In this document: piece after piece, positions 13,401 through 25,414 of the stretch
How positions within the stretch are numbered: position 1 is the first letter of the stretch
Layout: the number at the start of each line of letters is the position of its first letter
Assembly: GCF_001194135.2 (NCBI RefSeq)
Contig: NC_068991.1
Coordinates: forward strand, 3,981,362 to 4,045,361
Length of the DNA stretch: 64,000 bases
Origin: Octopus bimaculoides
Lineage: Eukaryota
Reading direction: 5' to 3'
Made by a program: the position numbers and the translations under genes
The notes under the pieces: generated by a model
Database searches by the model: none
Told to the model about the DNA's origin: nothing
What the model saw: only the letters and a program-made list of their open reading frames with translations

Positions 13401-13532
13401 CTATAAATATAACTTAGCTCTGACAGATATTGTTATATTCTGAAGTCGTCAATTCCTCATCGGTGTTGTCTTGCATTTATAATGAAAGAAATATATACAA
13501 CTCATAAAAAACAATAATAATAATAAAATATA

Positions 13533-13612
13533 CAGTACAGTACTACTTCAGGGATTTTCATCTATCGCGGGGTATTGGAAACGTAACACCCGTGATAGTC
13601 GAGGGATTACTG
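13533..13612. mobile_element. pogo/Tigger-like terminal fragment or tiny MITE
   Basis: Ends ...GATAGTCGAGGGATTACTG (rc CAGTAATCCCTCGAC, a Tigger-type terminus) and begins TA|CAGTA. Internal 10-bp stem CTATCGCGGG/CCCGTGATAG. Confidence 0.5.
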
Positions 13613-14377
13613 TGTATATATGTATATGAGCGTATTTATGTGTGTCTGTACATGTGTGTATATGGGGGGGGGTGCGTACGTGCGTGTGAATATATAAAGG
13701 GTAAATGTCCATAGTTCTTCGAACGAAGCCCACCGATTCACTGATGCTCCCTAGGGACTCTCCACGTCAGAAGGTGGTACGAACCAGCGATTGGTCCGTT
13801 TGGAAACCTAAAAACCGACCAGGCTATTGTTCACAAAATTGCTACGAAAACAAAAAGAAACAACGAAAAAAATGAAAAAAAACAAAACAAAACAAAAACA
13901 AATATTAAAATAGAATAGAACAAAACAAAAAAACCGGCCATTCACATCAACCTCCATAAAATAAAATAAAAAACGCGTGGCCTTTTTAATCGCAATCATT
14001 TTAGCGGAAAAGATGGTGATTGAGAAAATATATATAATTAAACAAAAAAAAAAATTAATAAATGGAAAATATGAAGATATATTATGAAAAGACACCGCTG
14101 AATCTTCAGAAGTAAATTTAATTGGTAATAAATTGGCCAATGATATTAGTATTTCTTTCTTGTTATGTTTTACTTTCTGTGTTTTATGTGTGTTTGTGTG
14201 TGTGTTTTTTTTTCTGTATACAATTTCTTTATATAAGAATCTGCTTCAATATGAGTAAATGGAGGAAGTATACAATATATATAGACCAATAAAACTGAGT
14301 GGTTGAATAGAGGTATTAATTTGTAGCTAGCTAAATATATAGACATATGGATGGGGGATAGGAAAGACCTACTTCAG

Positions 14378-14410
<33 letters not shown>

Positions 14411-14411
14411 T

Positions 14412-14460
<49 letters not shown>

Positions 14461-15272
14461 TATATTTATACATATATAAATGTATACATATACACATATT
14501 TATGCATGTATGTATATGTATATACATATATATATAAAACGATAATTATATGTATATGCTTGTGCGTATGTATGTGAATGCGCACACGTATACGTACACA
14601 TATATTTGTATGAGTGTATGAATGGATGGGTTTTGGACGTTTATCTTTGCATATGTATGCATATACATACATACATACATGCATACATTATACATTTTCA
14701 TGATATACAAAGGAAAAGGGAGATAGATATGTGTGTGCGCACATTCATATGTTTGTATGTTTAAATTGTCAAATGGTATATACATGCATACATACATACA
14801 TGCATACATACATATACATGCATACATACATACATTCATATACATATATATATACATATATCTATATGTATGTATATGTATATATATATGTATATATATA
14901 TATACATATAGATAGATATTTAGATATACGTGTATATATGCATACATATACACAGGTATATATGTGTGTGCGTGTGTGTGTGTTTATGTGCTGCGTTGTG
15001 TGTGTTTATGTGCTGCGCTGTGTGTGCGCGTGCCTGCGTGTGCATGCGCGCGCGTGTGTGTTTCTAATTCTGTGTACATATAAAGAGAGGGAAATAAAGT
15101 TGATGTGAGACTGTGGGAGAGAGAGATTGCTAGATTGATAATTTGATGTATAGATACGTAGATATATCAGGGAGAACCGTTGAAAGCTAGATGCACCCTC
15201 AGTCTTTTACATACATACATACATACATACATACGTATATACACCAATATATGCGCACATAAACATACATAC

Positions 15273-15323
<51 letters not shown>

Positions 15324-15333
15324 NNNNNNNNNN

Positions 15334-15882
15334 TGGTGATGATGATGGTGGTGGTGGTGGTGGTGGTGGTGGTGGTGGTGGTGATGATGATGATGATGGT
15401 GATGATGGTGATGATGGTGATGATGGTGATGATGGTGTGTAGTTACTGGTGAATGTTGACGATAATGACGGAAAGATAAAAGTCGAAATTTCGAGGTCGA
15501 GTCGATAGAGCTGGTAGTGATGGTTTCCTGGTGTTGTGGATGTTGATGAAGATGATGATTGTAATAATGATGACGACGACGACTGTTATGATGATGATGA
15601 TGATTGTGATGGAGGTGGTGGAGGTCACATTGACGATGATGATGTTGATGTTGTTGTGCATGATGACGATATACAGAAATATGGCTGCCACAGCTACCCC
15701 TTCACTTCCTGCTCCCATTCCTCTTCTTTCCATCCTTCCTTCCTTCTTTTCTTTCTTCCTCTTTTTTCCTTTTTACTCTCCATTTTCCTGCTTTTGTAGT
15801 TTGTAGCCGTTGTCCTTCTTCTTCTTCTTCTTCTTCTTCTTCTTCTTCTTCTTCTTCTTCTTCTTCTTCTTCTTCTTCTTCT
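15334..15882. repeat. Compound (GAT/GGT)n then (CTT)n trinucleotide tracts
   Basis: GAT/GGT runs at 15334-15437 and 15540-15670, perfect CTT run ~15817-15882. Confidence 0.9.
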
Positions 15883-16231
15883 TGCTCCAGCTACTCCTGT
15901 TCCTGCTTCGGCTGCACCTGTTGTTGTTGAAGCATTCTAACGATGCTGATAATAAAGTTCTTCATAAATGAGTGCAAAATATTTTCTTCACGGCAAAGAT
16001 GCGAATATTGTTGGCAATGAAAATTCTTCGTCCCTTTCTTCTGCCGTTGTTGCTGCTAAAGATTGCAACAATAAGTTATAATGACGAGAACAATGAAGAA
16101 GACTTAACAATCTAGACAAGACATTACTCTGCTGTTAATTGTGGCATCTTCGCAGCAGACTTGGAACCGTTCATATTGCCATTCTGAACGATCTTGCGTA
16201 AAACATTCAGAAACATCGGAATTAAATCTTT

Positions 16232-16426
16232 TATTCATTTATCCTTTTACTTGTTTCAGTCAATTGACTGCGGCCATGCTGGAGGACCGCCTTTAGTCGA
16301 ACTAATCGATCCCAGGTCTTATTCTTTGTAAGCCTTGTACTTATTCCTTTGATATCTTTCGCCGAACCGCTAAGTTACGGGGGCGTAAACACACCAACGT
16401 CGGTTGTCAAGCGATGGTGGTGGGGA

Positions 16427-16432
<6 letters not shown>
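16232..16432 (-). mobile_element. SINE family 2, 3' half, running into (CA)n and a gap
   Basis: TTACTTGTTTCAGTC...GCGGCCATGCTGG...GAACCGCTAAGTTACGGGG.CGTAAACACACC shared with the 38445, 41406, 44765 and 57783 copies. Confidence 0.85.
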
Positions 16433-16462
<30 letters not shown>

Positions 16463-17282
16463 NNNNNNNNNNNNNNNNNNNNNNNNNNNNNNNNNNNNNN
16501 NNNNNNNNNNNNNNNNNNNNNNNNNNNNNNNNNNNNNNNNNNNNNNNNNNNNNNNNNNNNNNNNNNNNNNNNNNNNNNNNNNNNNNNNNNNNNNNNNNNN
16601 NNNNNNNNNNNNNNNNNNNNNNNNNNNNNNNNNNNNNNNNNNNNNNNNNNNNNNNNNNNNNNNNNNNNNNNNNNNNNNNNNNNNNNNNNNNNNNNNNNNN
16701 NNNNNNNNNNNNNNNNNNNNNNNNNNNNNNNNNNNNNNNNNNNNNNNNNNNNNNNNNNNNNNNNNNNNNNNNNNNNNNNNNNNNNNNNNNNNNNNNNNNN
16801 NNNNNNNNNNNNNNNNNNNNNNNNNNNNNNNNNNNNNNNNNNNNNNNNNNNNNNNNNNNNNNNNNNNNNNNNNNNNNNNNNNNNNNNNNNNNNNNNNNNN
16901 NNNNNNNNNNNNNNNNNNNNNNNNNNNNNNNNNNNNNNNNNNNNNNNNNNNNNNNNNNNNNNNNNNNNNNNNNNNNNNNNNNNNNNNNNNNNNNNNNNNN
17001 NNNNNNNNNNNNNNNNNNNNNNNNNNNNNNNNNNNNNNNNNNNNNNNNNNNNNNNNNNNNNNNNNNNNNNNNNNNNNNNNNNNNNNNNNNNNNNNNNNNN
17101 NNNNNNNNNNNNNNNNNNNNNNNNNNNNNNNNNNNNNNNNNNNNNNNNNNNNNNNNNNNNNNNNNNCCCACATTGCCACCCTAATATTTCACATGAATAG
17201 CGCGGCAAGCTAGCAGGAACGTTTACCCGCCGAGCAATCTGCTCCTCTTCACGTTCTGTTTTATATTTAAGAGATTAGGAAT

Positions 17283-17422
17283 TTGGTGCATTATTTACAT
17301 TATTTACATTTGATGAATGTTTGTGCTCATCTTGTTTGTTTCGGCTGATATACCCACCAGCCTTCATCAGGTGTCTTGGGGAAATTTTAAACCTGGGTTC
17401 TCATTCCTAAGGTATTTTTTGA

Positions 17423-17474
<52 letters not shown>

Positions 17475-17548
17475 TTTATTCAGGTCACTGCCTGGAATCG
17501 AACTTGGAATCTTGGAGTTAGTAGTCCGCGCTCTTAACTACTACGCCA
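17283..17548 (-). mobile_element. tRNA-headed SINE, family 4, with internal (TAA)n, a hammerhead-like 3' module and a (TGTAAATAA)n tail
   Basis: Read on minus: TGGCGTAGTAGTTAAGAGCGCG (A box) ... CAAGTTCGATTCCAGGC (B box), (TAA)n at 17425-17473, body CCTTAGGAATGAGAACCCAGG, GACAC-CTGATGA-AGGCTG...CAGCC-GAAA, then TGTAAATAA repeats. Confidence 0.8.
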
Positions 17549-17550
17549 TA

Positions 17551-17660
17551 TACCTGATGGAGGCTGGAAGGTATATCAACCAAAACGTTGTGTTAACAAG
17601 AAAAAAGATGAGGTCAGATATCCGTCAAATGTAAATAATGTAAATAATGTAAATAATGTT
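17551..17660 (+). mobile_element. Family-4 SINE 3' fragment, inverted relative to the neighbouring copy
   Basis: TACCTGATGGAGGCTGGAAGGTATATCAACCAAAACGTTGTGTTAAC...CCGTCAAATGTAAATAATGTAAATAATG. Confidence 0.8.
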
Positions 17661-18410
17661 AACGTTCTGTGTTCAAATTCCGCCGAAGCCCATTAGCTTT
17701 TTATGTTTGTGGTGTCGACATAATAGCAACAAGGTGAACACTGGGACCAACACAATCAACTATCCCCCCACCCCCCGAAGTGAGTGGCTTTGTGCTAAAA
17801 TTTGAAATCAATATTATATGTGAATAACCGCAGAATGTTGTAGAGCAGTGTTGATTGGTCTCAGCAGAATGTGACCCCAGAAATGTTGAAGTCCAAAATT
17901 AAATACCGGAAGGATTAAGTCAACCAAAGCACCACATTAAGTAATTAAAATCTACCTACCCAAGAATTAAACTCCTTAAGAGTTTCAAATGATAACAAGA
18001 TGGTTAACTTTAATAAACTGTAGAATTCAAGTACCAATAATATTTTATTCGTATCGAAACAAAAAATCTAAAACAAAAATAAATAAATAATAATAATAAT
18101 AAAGGCTTGGTTTAATTTGTTAATTCTATCTTATTTAATAAGCAGCCAATTTTAATGAAACTTTAGTATCTGGAAGTTATTCATTCCAATTAATTATAGT
18201 TCAAATCAATTGAATTCGTTTCAGATTTATTGTCATTGTGTTGAAGGACAATTAAAGTGGTTCGTATCCTTAGTATAATGAGTAAAAAACAAAGATTAAA
18301 CAACAACAAAATATTAAAAGGAAACAAAAAAAAGAACAACAAACGAACATACAATTTTTAGCAAATAGTAAATAATTAAAAATCGAGAGAAGAATCAAAT
18401 TCAAGATGAA

Positions 18411-18412
<2 letters not shown>

Positions 18413-18501
<89 letters not shown>

Positions 18502-18700
18502 GTAATAGTAATATTAATAATAATAATTATACTAATGGTAATAATAATAAATCAATTATAAAAACATTGATGATGATGTTAACAATGATAATACTAATAG
18601 TAATATTGATAATGGTAATGATATATAAGTGATTGTAATGATACAAATAATAATGATAATAATAATGATAAATTAATGATGATGATGATGATGATGATGA
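18413..18700. repeat. (AAT)n microsatellite and degenerate extension
   Basis: Perfect AAT run ~18413-18500, then AAT/GAT variants. Confidence 0.92.
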
Positions 18701-19326
18701 TACAAAAACAAATGCCACTTAATAAACTCAACATATAAACATAATTCAATTAGATAAATATAAATTTCTTAAGTAAGTTGAAAGTACGATTTCTCAGGAG
18801 TCGTGTGAAAATTTACCGATGATGTTATTTTATAGGCTTTTGAATTGTGAAATGGCAGAGTTGATCACATTGCGAATTGAATTTAGAATTTATGGTGGCG
18901 AAAAGTAATAAATAATTGAACGAATCTAAATGTCAACCGTTTTCTTTAGTTTTCCGATCGTTACATTACATAGATTAATGTCCATATGTTTTTGTTGTTT
19001 TTTTTTATTAAAAGACTCTTGATTTTCATTTGAATGGACGTCCATAGGTTTTTGACAGGTACATTCTTCTTCAACAATTCGACGATTCTCTGATCCCTAA
19101 TTTGAAAAAAATATAAGGGAAAATATGCTTAGCTGAAGAGAACTCATAAAACCGGAATTATTATAGAATATTCATGCATCGGAGAAAGCATGGCTGTGTG
19201 TTTTGGAAATTCGATTTGCACCCATGTTCTTTTCGGATTCTGTCCCACTGCGCGGCATCTCGGGAAGGTAATTATATTAACAGTGAGTTCGACACTTGGA
19301 AACAGAATGGATGACCACCATATATA

Positions 19327-19480
19327 TAATGGGTCATCCCATAAATTTTTCAGTTTTTTTATACTTCATTTATTTTTCAAAATTAAGATAAACACATTTC
19401 CTTTTTAATCTAAAATATACTCTCCTTCATTTTCTAAAATGTTCTTCCATCTATCTGGTAGAATTCACAACTGAGGCTGG
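19327..19480 (-). mobile_element. Mariner 3' end fragment with TIR
   Basis: Minus-strand 19461-19405 encodes LPDRWKNILENEGEYILD* (mariner C-terminus), followed by TIR-like TTATGGGATGACCCATTA and TA. Confidence 0.8.
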
Positions 19481-19527
19481 ATCTAGGGATCTGTATTACG
19501 GTTTCATTATAGCATGTATATATTGTA

Positions 19528-20243
19528 TTAGAGGAAAAATCGAAAACCAAGGCAAAACGAGTATCTCAAGTCGTTTAGAATAATTTAATTACGGTAAGAT
19601 GAATATAAAGTCTTCCAGCCGTTTCTGGGATAGCCCAAGTGGTAGGTTAGCATGTTCACACACTGGGCATTCCATAATCAGAGACAAAGTATGAATATTT
19701 CAGACGGGGATAATTTACAATTTATAATGAATAAAATTCACAGTTTATAAGGAATAAAATAGAAGACTAAAGGAGTAAAATAGAAAAATAAGAGTAAAGG
19801 TAGTTAGAAGAATATAGGCAGGAGAATAATGTTCATAGCTCACCTTTTTCCAGAGGATAGGGATGTCGGTCGAAGGAGCTGTACCTTCATGGAAGTACCG
19901 ACCAAAATTCATATCCTCAGAAAAAAGATGAGTTGCGAACATTTTTTACTGCTTGTATTCTTCTAACCAACTTTATTCTTTATTCCTTTATTTAATCGTT
20001 TTATTTTTCTATTTTATTCCTTATAAAGTATCAATTTCAGTCCTTGTGAACTGTACATTTTTCCCATCTAAAATATTCATACCTTGTCTCTGATAATGGA
20101 ATACCCAGTTCATAAACATGATGACCTACCCCTTGAGTTGTCCCAGAAACGGCTGTAAAGACTTTAAATTGACCTTACCCAAATTAAATTATTCTAAATG
20201 ACTTGAGATACGCGTTCTGTCATGGTTTTTGTTTTTCCGCTAA
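19528..20243. mobile_element. 716-bp foldback (fully palindromic) MITE with TA TSD
   Basis: The left arm 19528-19872 is the diverged reverse complement of 19899-20243, e.g. GTATCTCAAGTCGTTTAGAATAATTTAATT vs AATTAAATTATTCTAAATGACTTGAGATAC. 26-nt spacer. TA at 19526-27 and 20244-45. Confidence 0.88.
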
Positions 20244-20675
20244 TATAATATAATATAATAATAATAATAATGAAAATATATATATNNNNNNNNNNNNNNN
20301 NNNNNNNNNNNNNNNNNNNNNNNNNNNNNNNNNNNNNNNNNNNNNNNNNNNNNNNNNNNNNNNNNNNNNNNNNNNNNNNNNNNNNNNNNNNNNNNNNNNN
20401 NNNNNNNNNNNNNNNNNNNNNNNNNNNNNNNNNNNNNNNNNNNNNNNNNNNNNNNNNNNNNNNNNNNNNNNNNNNNNNNNNNNNNNNNNNNNNNNNNNNN
20501 NNNNNNNNNNNNNNNNNNNNNNNNNNNNNNNNNNNNNNNNNNNNNNNNNNNNNNNNNNNNNNNNNNNNNNNNNNNNNNNNNNNNNNNNNNNNNNNNNNNN
20601 NNNNNNNNNNNNTATATATATATATATAAAGAATGGAGTAAACGCATATTATAACTGCATACTTTTATTCCGACA

Positions 20676-20747
20676 TACGTTTCGAAGAATTACAATTTAT
20701 GCGATCCATAGGAATCGGCGATGTTGAAAATGTAAACTTCTCCTCAG
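20676..20747 (-). ncRNA. Hammerhead-ribozyme-like motif with extended stem II
   Basis: Minus strand: CUGAGGA (20747-20741), stem II GAAG...CUUC with a 49-nt foldable insert, then GAAACGUA (20683-20676). Stem I does not pair canonically. Confidence 0.4.
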
Positions 20748-21196
20748 GGAAATGATGTATGGGAACCAGCTTAAAAGTAAGACATTATAATCGAATTTAT
20801 TTTATCCGAGTTATTTATTACTAGGAGAAAATAAATACATATAATATATATATATATATCTGTGTTTGTACTTATGCTCATGGAGGGGATTGCTTCACAC
20901 TAAAAATAAGTCATATCTTCGTCGTGTGTAGTGCTTACACTATACGATCAAAGTAGCGATCACATACTCATACGCACAGATACTCACTAACATACGCCAG
21001 AACACGCACGCGCGCGCACACACACACACGCACATATATAGACACATCTGTAAAAAAAGAAAAATATTGATTAATCAACAAATCACTTGTTAATGAGTCT
21101 AACATATCTATAAGTGAAATGTACCAATAACATCGTTGACACAAACACACATACATACACACATGCATACATGCATATAAACGCACATACATACAA

Positions 21197-21274
<78 letters not shown>

Positions 21275-22640
21275 NNNNNNNNNNNNNNNNNNNNNNNNNN
21301 NNNNNNNNNNNNNNNNNNNNNNNNNNNNNNNNNNNNNNNNNNNNNNNNNNNNNNNNNNNNNNNNNNNNNNNNNNNNNNNNNNNNNNNNNNNNNNNNNNNN
21401 NNNNNNNNNNNNNNNNNNNNNNNNNNNNNNNNNNNNNNNNNNNNNNNNNNNNNNNNNNNNNNNNNNNNNNNNNNNNNNNNNNNNNNNNNNNNNNNNNNNN
21501 NNNNNNNNNNNNNNNNNNNNNNNNNNNNNNNNNNNNNNNNNNNNNNNNNNNNNNNNNNNNNNNNNNNNNNNNNNNNNNNNNNNNNNNNNNNNNNNNNNNN
21601 NNNNNNNNNNNNNNNNNNNNNNNNNNNNNNNNNNNNNNNNNNNNNNNNNNNNNNNNNNNNNNNNNNNNNNNNNNNNNNNNNNNNNNNNNNNNNNNNNNNN
21701 NNNNNNNNNNNNNNNNNNNNNNNNNNNNNNNNNNNNNNNNNNNNNNNNNNNNNNNNNNNNNNNNNNNNNNNNNNNNNNNNNNNNNNNNNNNNNNNNNNNN
21801 NNNNNNNNNNNNNNNNNNNNNNNNNNNNNNNNNNNNNNNNNNNNNNNNNNNNNNNNNNNNNNNNNNNNNNNNNNNNNNNNNNNNNNNNNNNNNNNNNNNN
21901 NNNNNNNNNNNNNNNNNNNNNNNNNNNNNNNNNNNNNNNNNNNNNNNNNNNNNNNNNNNNNNNNNNNNNNNNNNNNNNNNNNNNNNNNNNNNNNNNNNNN
22001 NNNNNNNNNNNNNNNTATATATATAATTATGCATGTATTATATGTATGCATGTATGTATATATCTATGTATATAATTATACATATATATATATGTGTGTG
22101 TGTGTATGAAAGTATGAATGTATGGATGTGTGTGTGTGTGTGTGTGACAATGTACATGTGCTTGTGTCGTACATAAAAACAAGTTGTATGAAACAAAAGG
22201 TTATACCGAGACACGTGCACCGGAAACCTTCGATAGTGCCAGCGTGTTAGGGTGAGTGTGCGCGTGCGTGGGAGCTTTACAGAGCGCTGTGTGTGAATAG
22301 AAGCGGCTTTATTTACTCAAGAGATTTGCAGATGTGAAAGGTGGTGTACTTCACCTTGTAAGATATTTAATCTTTATTGAGTAGGACGACTTGTCAACTG
22401 TTAATTAACCGCAATGACATATAGTCTATTTGGGTGGTTGGGTCGGTGCGGGAAGAGCGTGTGAATGTGTGAGAAATGTGGTTGTGGTGCTGGTAGTGGT
22501 GGTTGTGGTGGCGGTGGTGTAAGAGTGGGAGAAGGGATAGAGAGTAAGGGCAATAAAATTGTGACAAAGGAGATGGGAAAGCAAAAGGTATGGTTGTGAT
22601 ATTGAAAGAAATGTAAGGAATGCGGAAGATTTTGACATCG

Positions 22641-22807
22641 TTATTGAAAGTATAAGAGACGAGGGAAGATAGCAGGAAAACAATAGGAAGACAATAGGAA
22701 GACATAAAGACAGATGGATGTAGAAACAAATGAATGAATTGATGATCGACAGAGAGACAGATATACTGATAGACAGATAGGCAGATAGATAAACAGACCT
22801 ATAGTAT

Positions 22808-22873
<66 letters not shown>

Positions 22874-22940
22874 CAGATAGATAAACAGACTGGTAGTAAA
22901 ATAGATAGATAAATAGATAGAGAGGGAGAGAGAGATATGA
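22641..22940. repeat. (TAGA)n tetranucleotide tract
   Basis: Perfect GATA run ~22808-22870 with degenerate flanks. Confidence 0.9.
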
Positions 22941-23038
22941 AGGCACGTGGCTTTTGTTTGGGATCACGATCATGTCGCAGGTTCGAATCCTTCGTCTGAT
23001 GAATAACTCTTCTTTGCGCATTATACTTCATTCAGGAC

Positions 23039-23271
23039 AGGCGGCGAGCTGGCAGAATCGTTTGCACGTAGGGCGAAATGCTTAGCAGTATTTCGTATGC
23101 CGTTACGATCTGAGTTCAAATTCCACCGAGGTCGGCTTTGCCTTTCATCCTTTTGGGGTCGATTAAATAAATACCAGTTACGCAGTGGTGTCGATGTAAT
23201 CGACTGATTCCCTCTCTCTGTCCTTATTTGTCCCCTCTATGTTTAGCCCCTTGTGGGCAGTAAAGAAATAA
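23039..23271 (+). mobile_element. SINE family 1, complete copy (tRNA-like head, Deu/Nin-like core)
   Basis: GGCGGCGAGCTGGCAGAATCG head, B-box GAGTTCAAATTCC, core GCCTTTCATCCTTTTGGGGTCGATTAAATAAATACCAG (resembles the Deu/Nin SINE domain, from recollection), tail GTAAAGAAATAA. Confidence 0.85.
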
Positions 23272-23671
23272 ACACACTCCATTCAGGTTGCTCTCGTAGG
23301 TAAATGGATACGAGTAGCATTAGTAATAGCAACTGGGGTTTAACCCTGTAAAGCATTGGCGCATACATGCAGGACGAATGTTCGAGAACAGGGCAGGGGC
23401 CGCCTGCCGATGCAGTGCAAGGTTTTCATTTCGCCCGTCTGCGTTGCTCGGTTGGTATCCTTTCCTTTCAATGGTCCTTTCTATTATTCTTTCATTCTTT
23501 TACATGTTTCAGTCATTTAAATGTGGCCATGCTAGAGCACCGCTTTTAGTCGGGCAAAGATTTTTAAGAATAATAATGTAGATACCAAGACAAAACAATG
23601 TACATGATAACACTTCCAATCAATTAAGATCAGAAGCCATGGGAGCCACTGCCTGGTACTGCATCAGGGCA

Positions 23672-24023
<352 letters not shown>

Positions 24024-25313
24024 AGAAATCGTTGCTCTATCCAAACTCAAACACGTGTCGCGCGCGCGCGAATACACACACACGCACACGCTCTCACACG
24101 TACACATACAAATCATAGACACGTATTCACCTACATTTCCAAATTGTCAATATATCCTCTAATTCCTAAATTATGATATATGTACTCAAACACATACACC
24201 TATATACACATATATATATAATACATATACGCACACATATAAATATGTATATACACACACATATGTATGCATATGTGTATATATATATATATATNNNNNN
24301 NNNNNNNNNNNNNNNNNNNNNNNNNNNNNNNNNNNNNNNNNNNNNNNNNNNNNNNNNNNNNNNNNNNNNNNNNNNNNNNNNNNNNNNNNNNNNNNNNNNN
24401 NNNNNNNNNNNNNNNNNNNNNNNNNNNNNNNNNNNNNNNNNNNNNNNNNNNNNNNNNNNNNNNNNNNNNNNNNNNNNNNNNNNNNNNNNNNNNNNNNNNN
24501 NNNNNNNNNNNNNNNNNNNNNNNNNNNNNNNNNNNNNNNNNNNNNNNNNNNNNNNNNNNNNNNNNNNNNNNNNNNNNNNNNNNNNNNNNNNNNNNNNNNN
24601 NNNNNNNNNNNNNNNNNNNNNNNNNNNNNNNNNNNNNNNNNNNNNNNNNNNNNNNNNNNNNNNNNNNNNNNNNNNNNNNNNNNNNNNNNNNNNNNNNNNN
24701 NNNNNNNNNNNNNNNNNNNNNNNNNNNNNNNNNNNNNNNNNNNNNNNNNNNNNNNNNNNNNNNNNNNNNNNNNNNNNNNNNNNNNNNNNNNNNNNNNNNN
24801 NNNNNNNNNNNNNNNNNNNNNNNNNNNNNNNNNNNNNNNNNNNNNNNNNNNNNNNNNNNNNNNNNNNNNNNNNNNNNNNNNNNNNNNNNNNNNNNNNNNN
24901 NNNNNNNNNNNNNNNNNNNNNNNNNNNNNNNNNNNNNNNNNNNNNNNNNNNNNNNNNNNNNNNNNNNNNNNNNNNNNNNNNNNNNNNNNNNNNNNNNNNN
25001 NNNNNNNNNNNNNNNNNNNNNNNNNNNNNNNNNNNNNNNNNNNNNNNNNNNNNNNNNNNNNNNNNNNNNNNNNNNNNNNNNNNNNNNNNNNNNNNNNNNN
25101 NNNNNNNNNNNNNNNNNNNNNNNNNNNNNNNNNNNNNNNNNNNNNNNNNNNNNNNNNNNNNNNNNNNNNNNNNNNNNNNNNNNNNNNNNNNNCATACATA
25201 CACATATGTGTGCATGTGTGTTTGTATATAAATATATAGCTGTATATCTATCTATCTATCTATCGCCATGATTGATCGTAAAATCCACAAGGTTTTTTTA
25301 TTTTCTCTTATTC

Positions 25314-25349
25314 CTTTCTGGTGAAGAGCGAAGGCTCGAAACGTAAAAG
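25314..25349 (+). ncRNA. Minimal type-I hammerhead-ribozyme-like motif (A6->G)
   Basis: CTTT-CTGGTGA-A-GAGC(GAAG)GCTC-GAAA-CGTA-AAAG: stem I CTTT/AAAG, stem II GAGC/GCTC, GUA triplet, one core mismatch. Confidence 0.6.
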
Positions 25350-25414
25350 ACATTTTCACTTTCCTGAGCGTCAAACTATTACACCTGCTGGTTATTCACG
25401 CACATAATAATAAT

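Noticed and set aside
17480-17548. Apparent tRNA gene on the minus strand
   Set aside because: It is the head of the family-4 SINE. It continues directly into the SINE body and I could not fold a convincing acceptor stem.
19128-19160. CTGAAGAG...AAAACCGG as another hammerhead
   Set aside because: G12 is missing, and neither stem I nor stem II pairs convincingly.
20679-20769. 91-nt minus-strand exon LVPIHHFPEEKFTFSTSPIPMDRINCNSSK
   Set aside because: It overlaps the hammerhead-like repeat motif, which explains the sequence at least as well, so it is not called as CDS.
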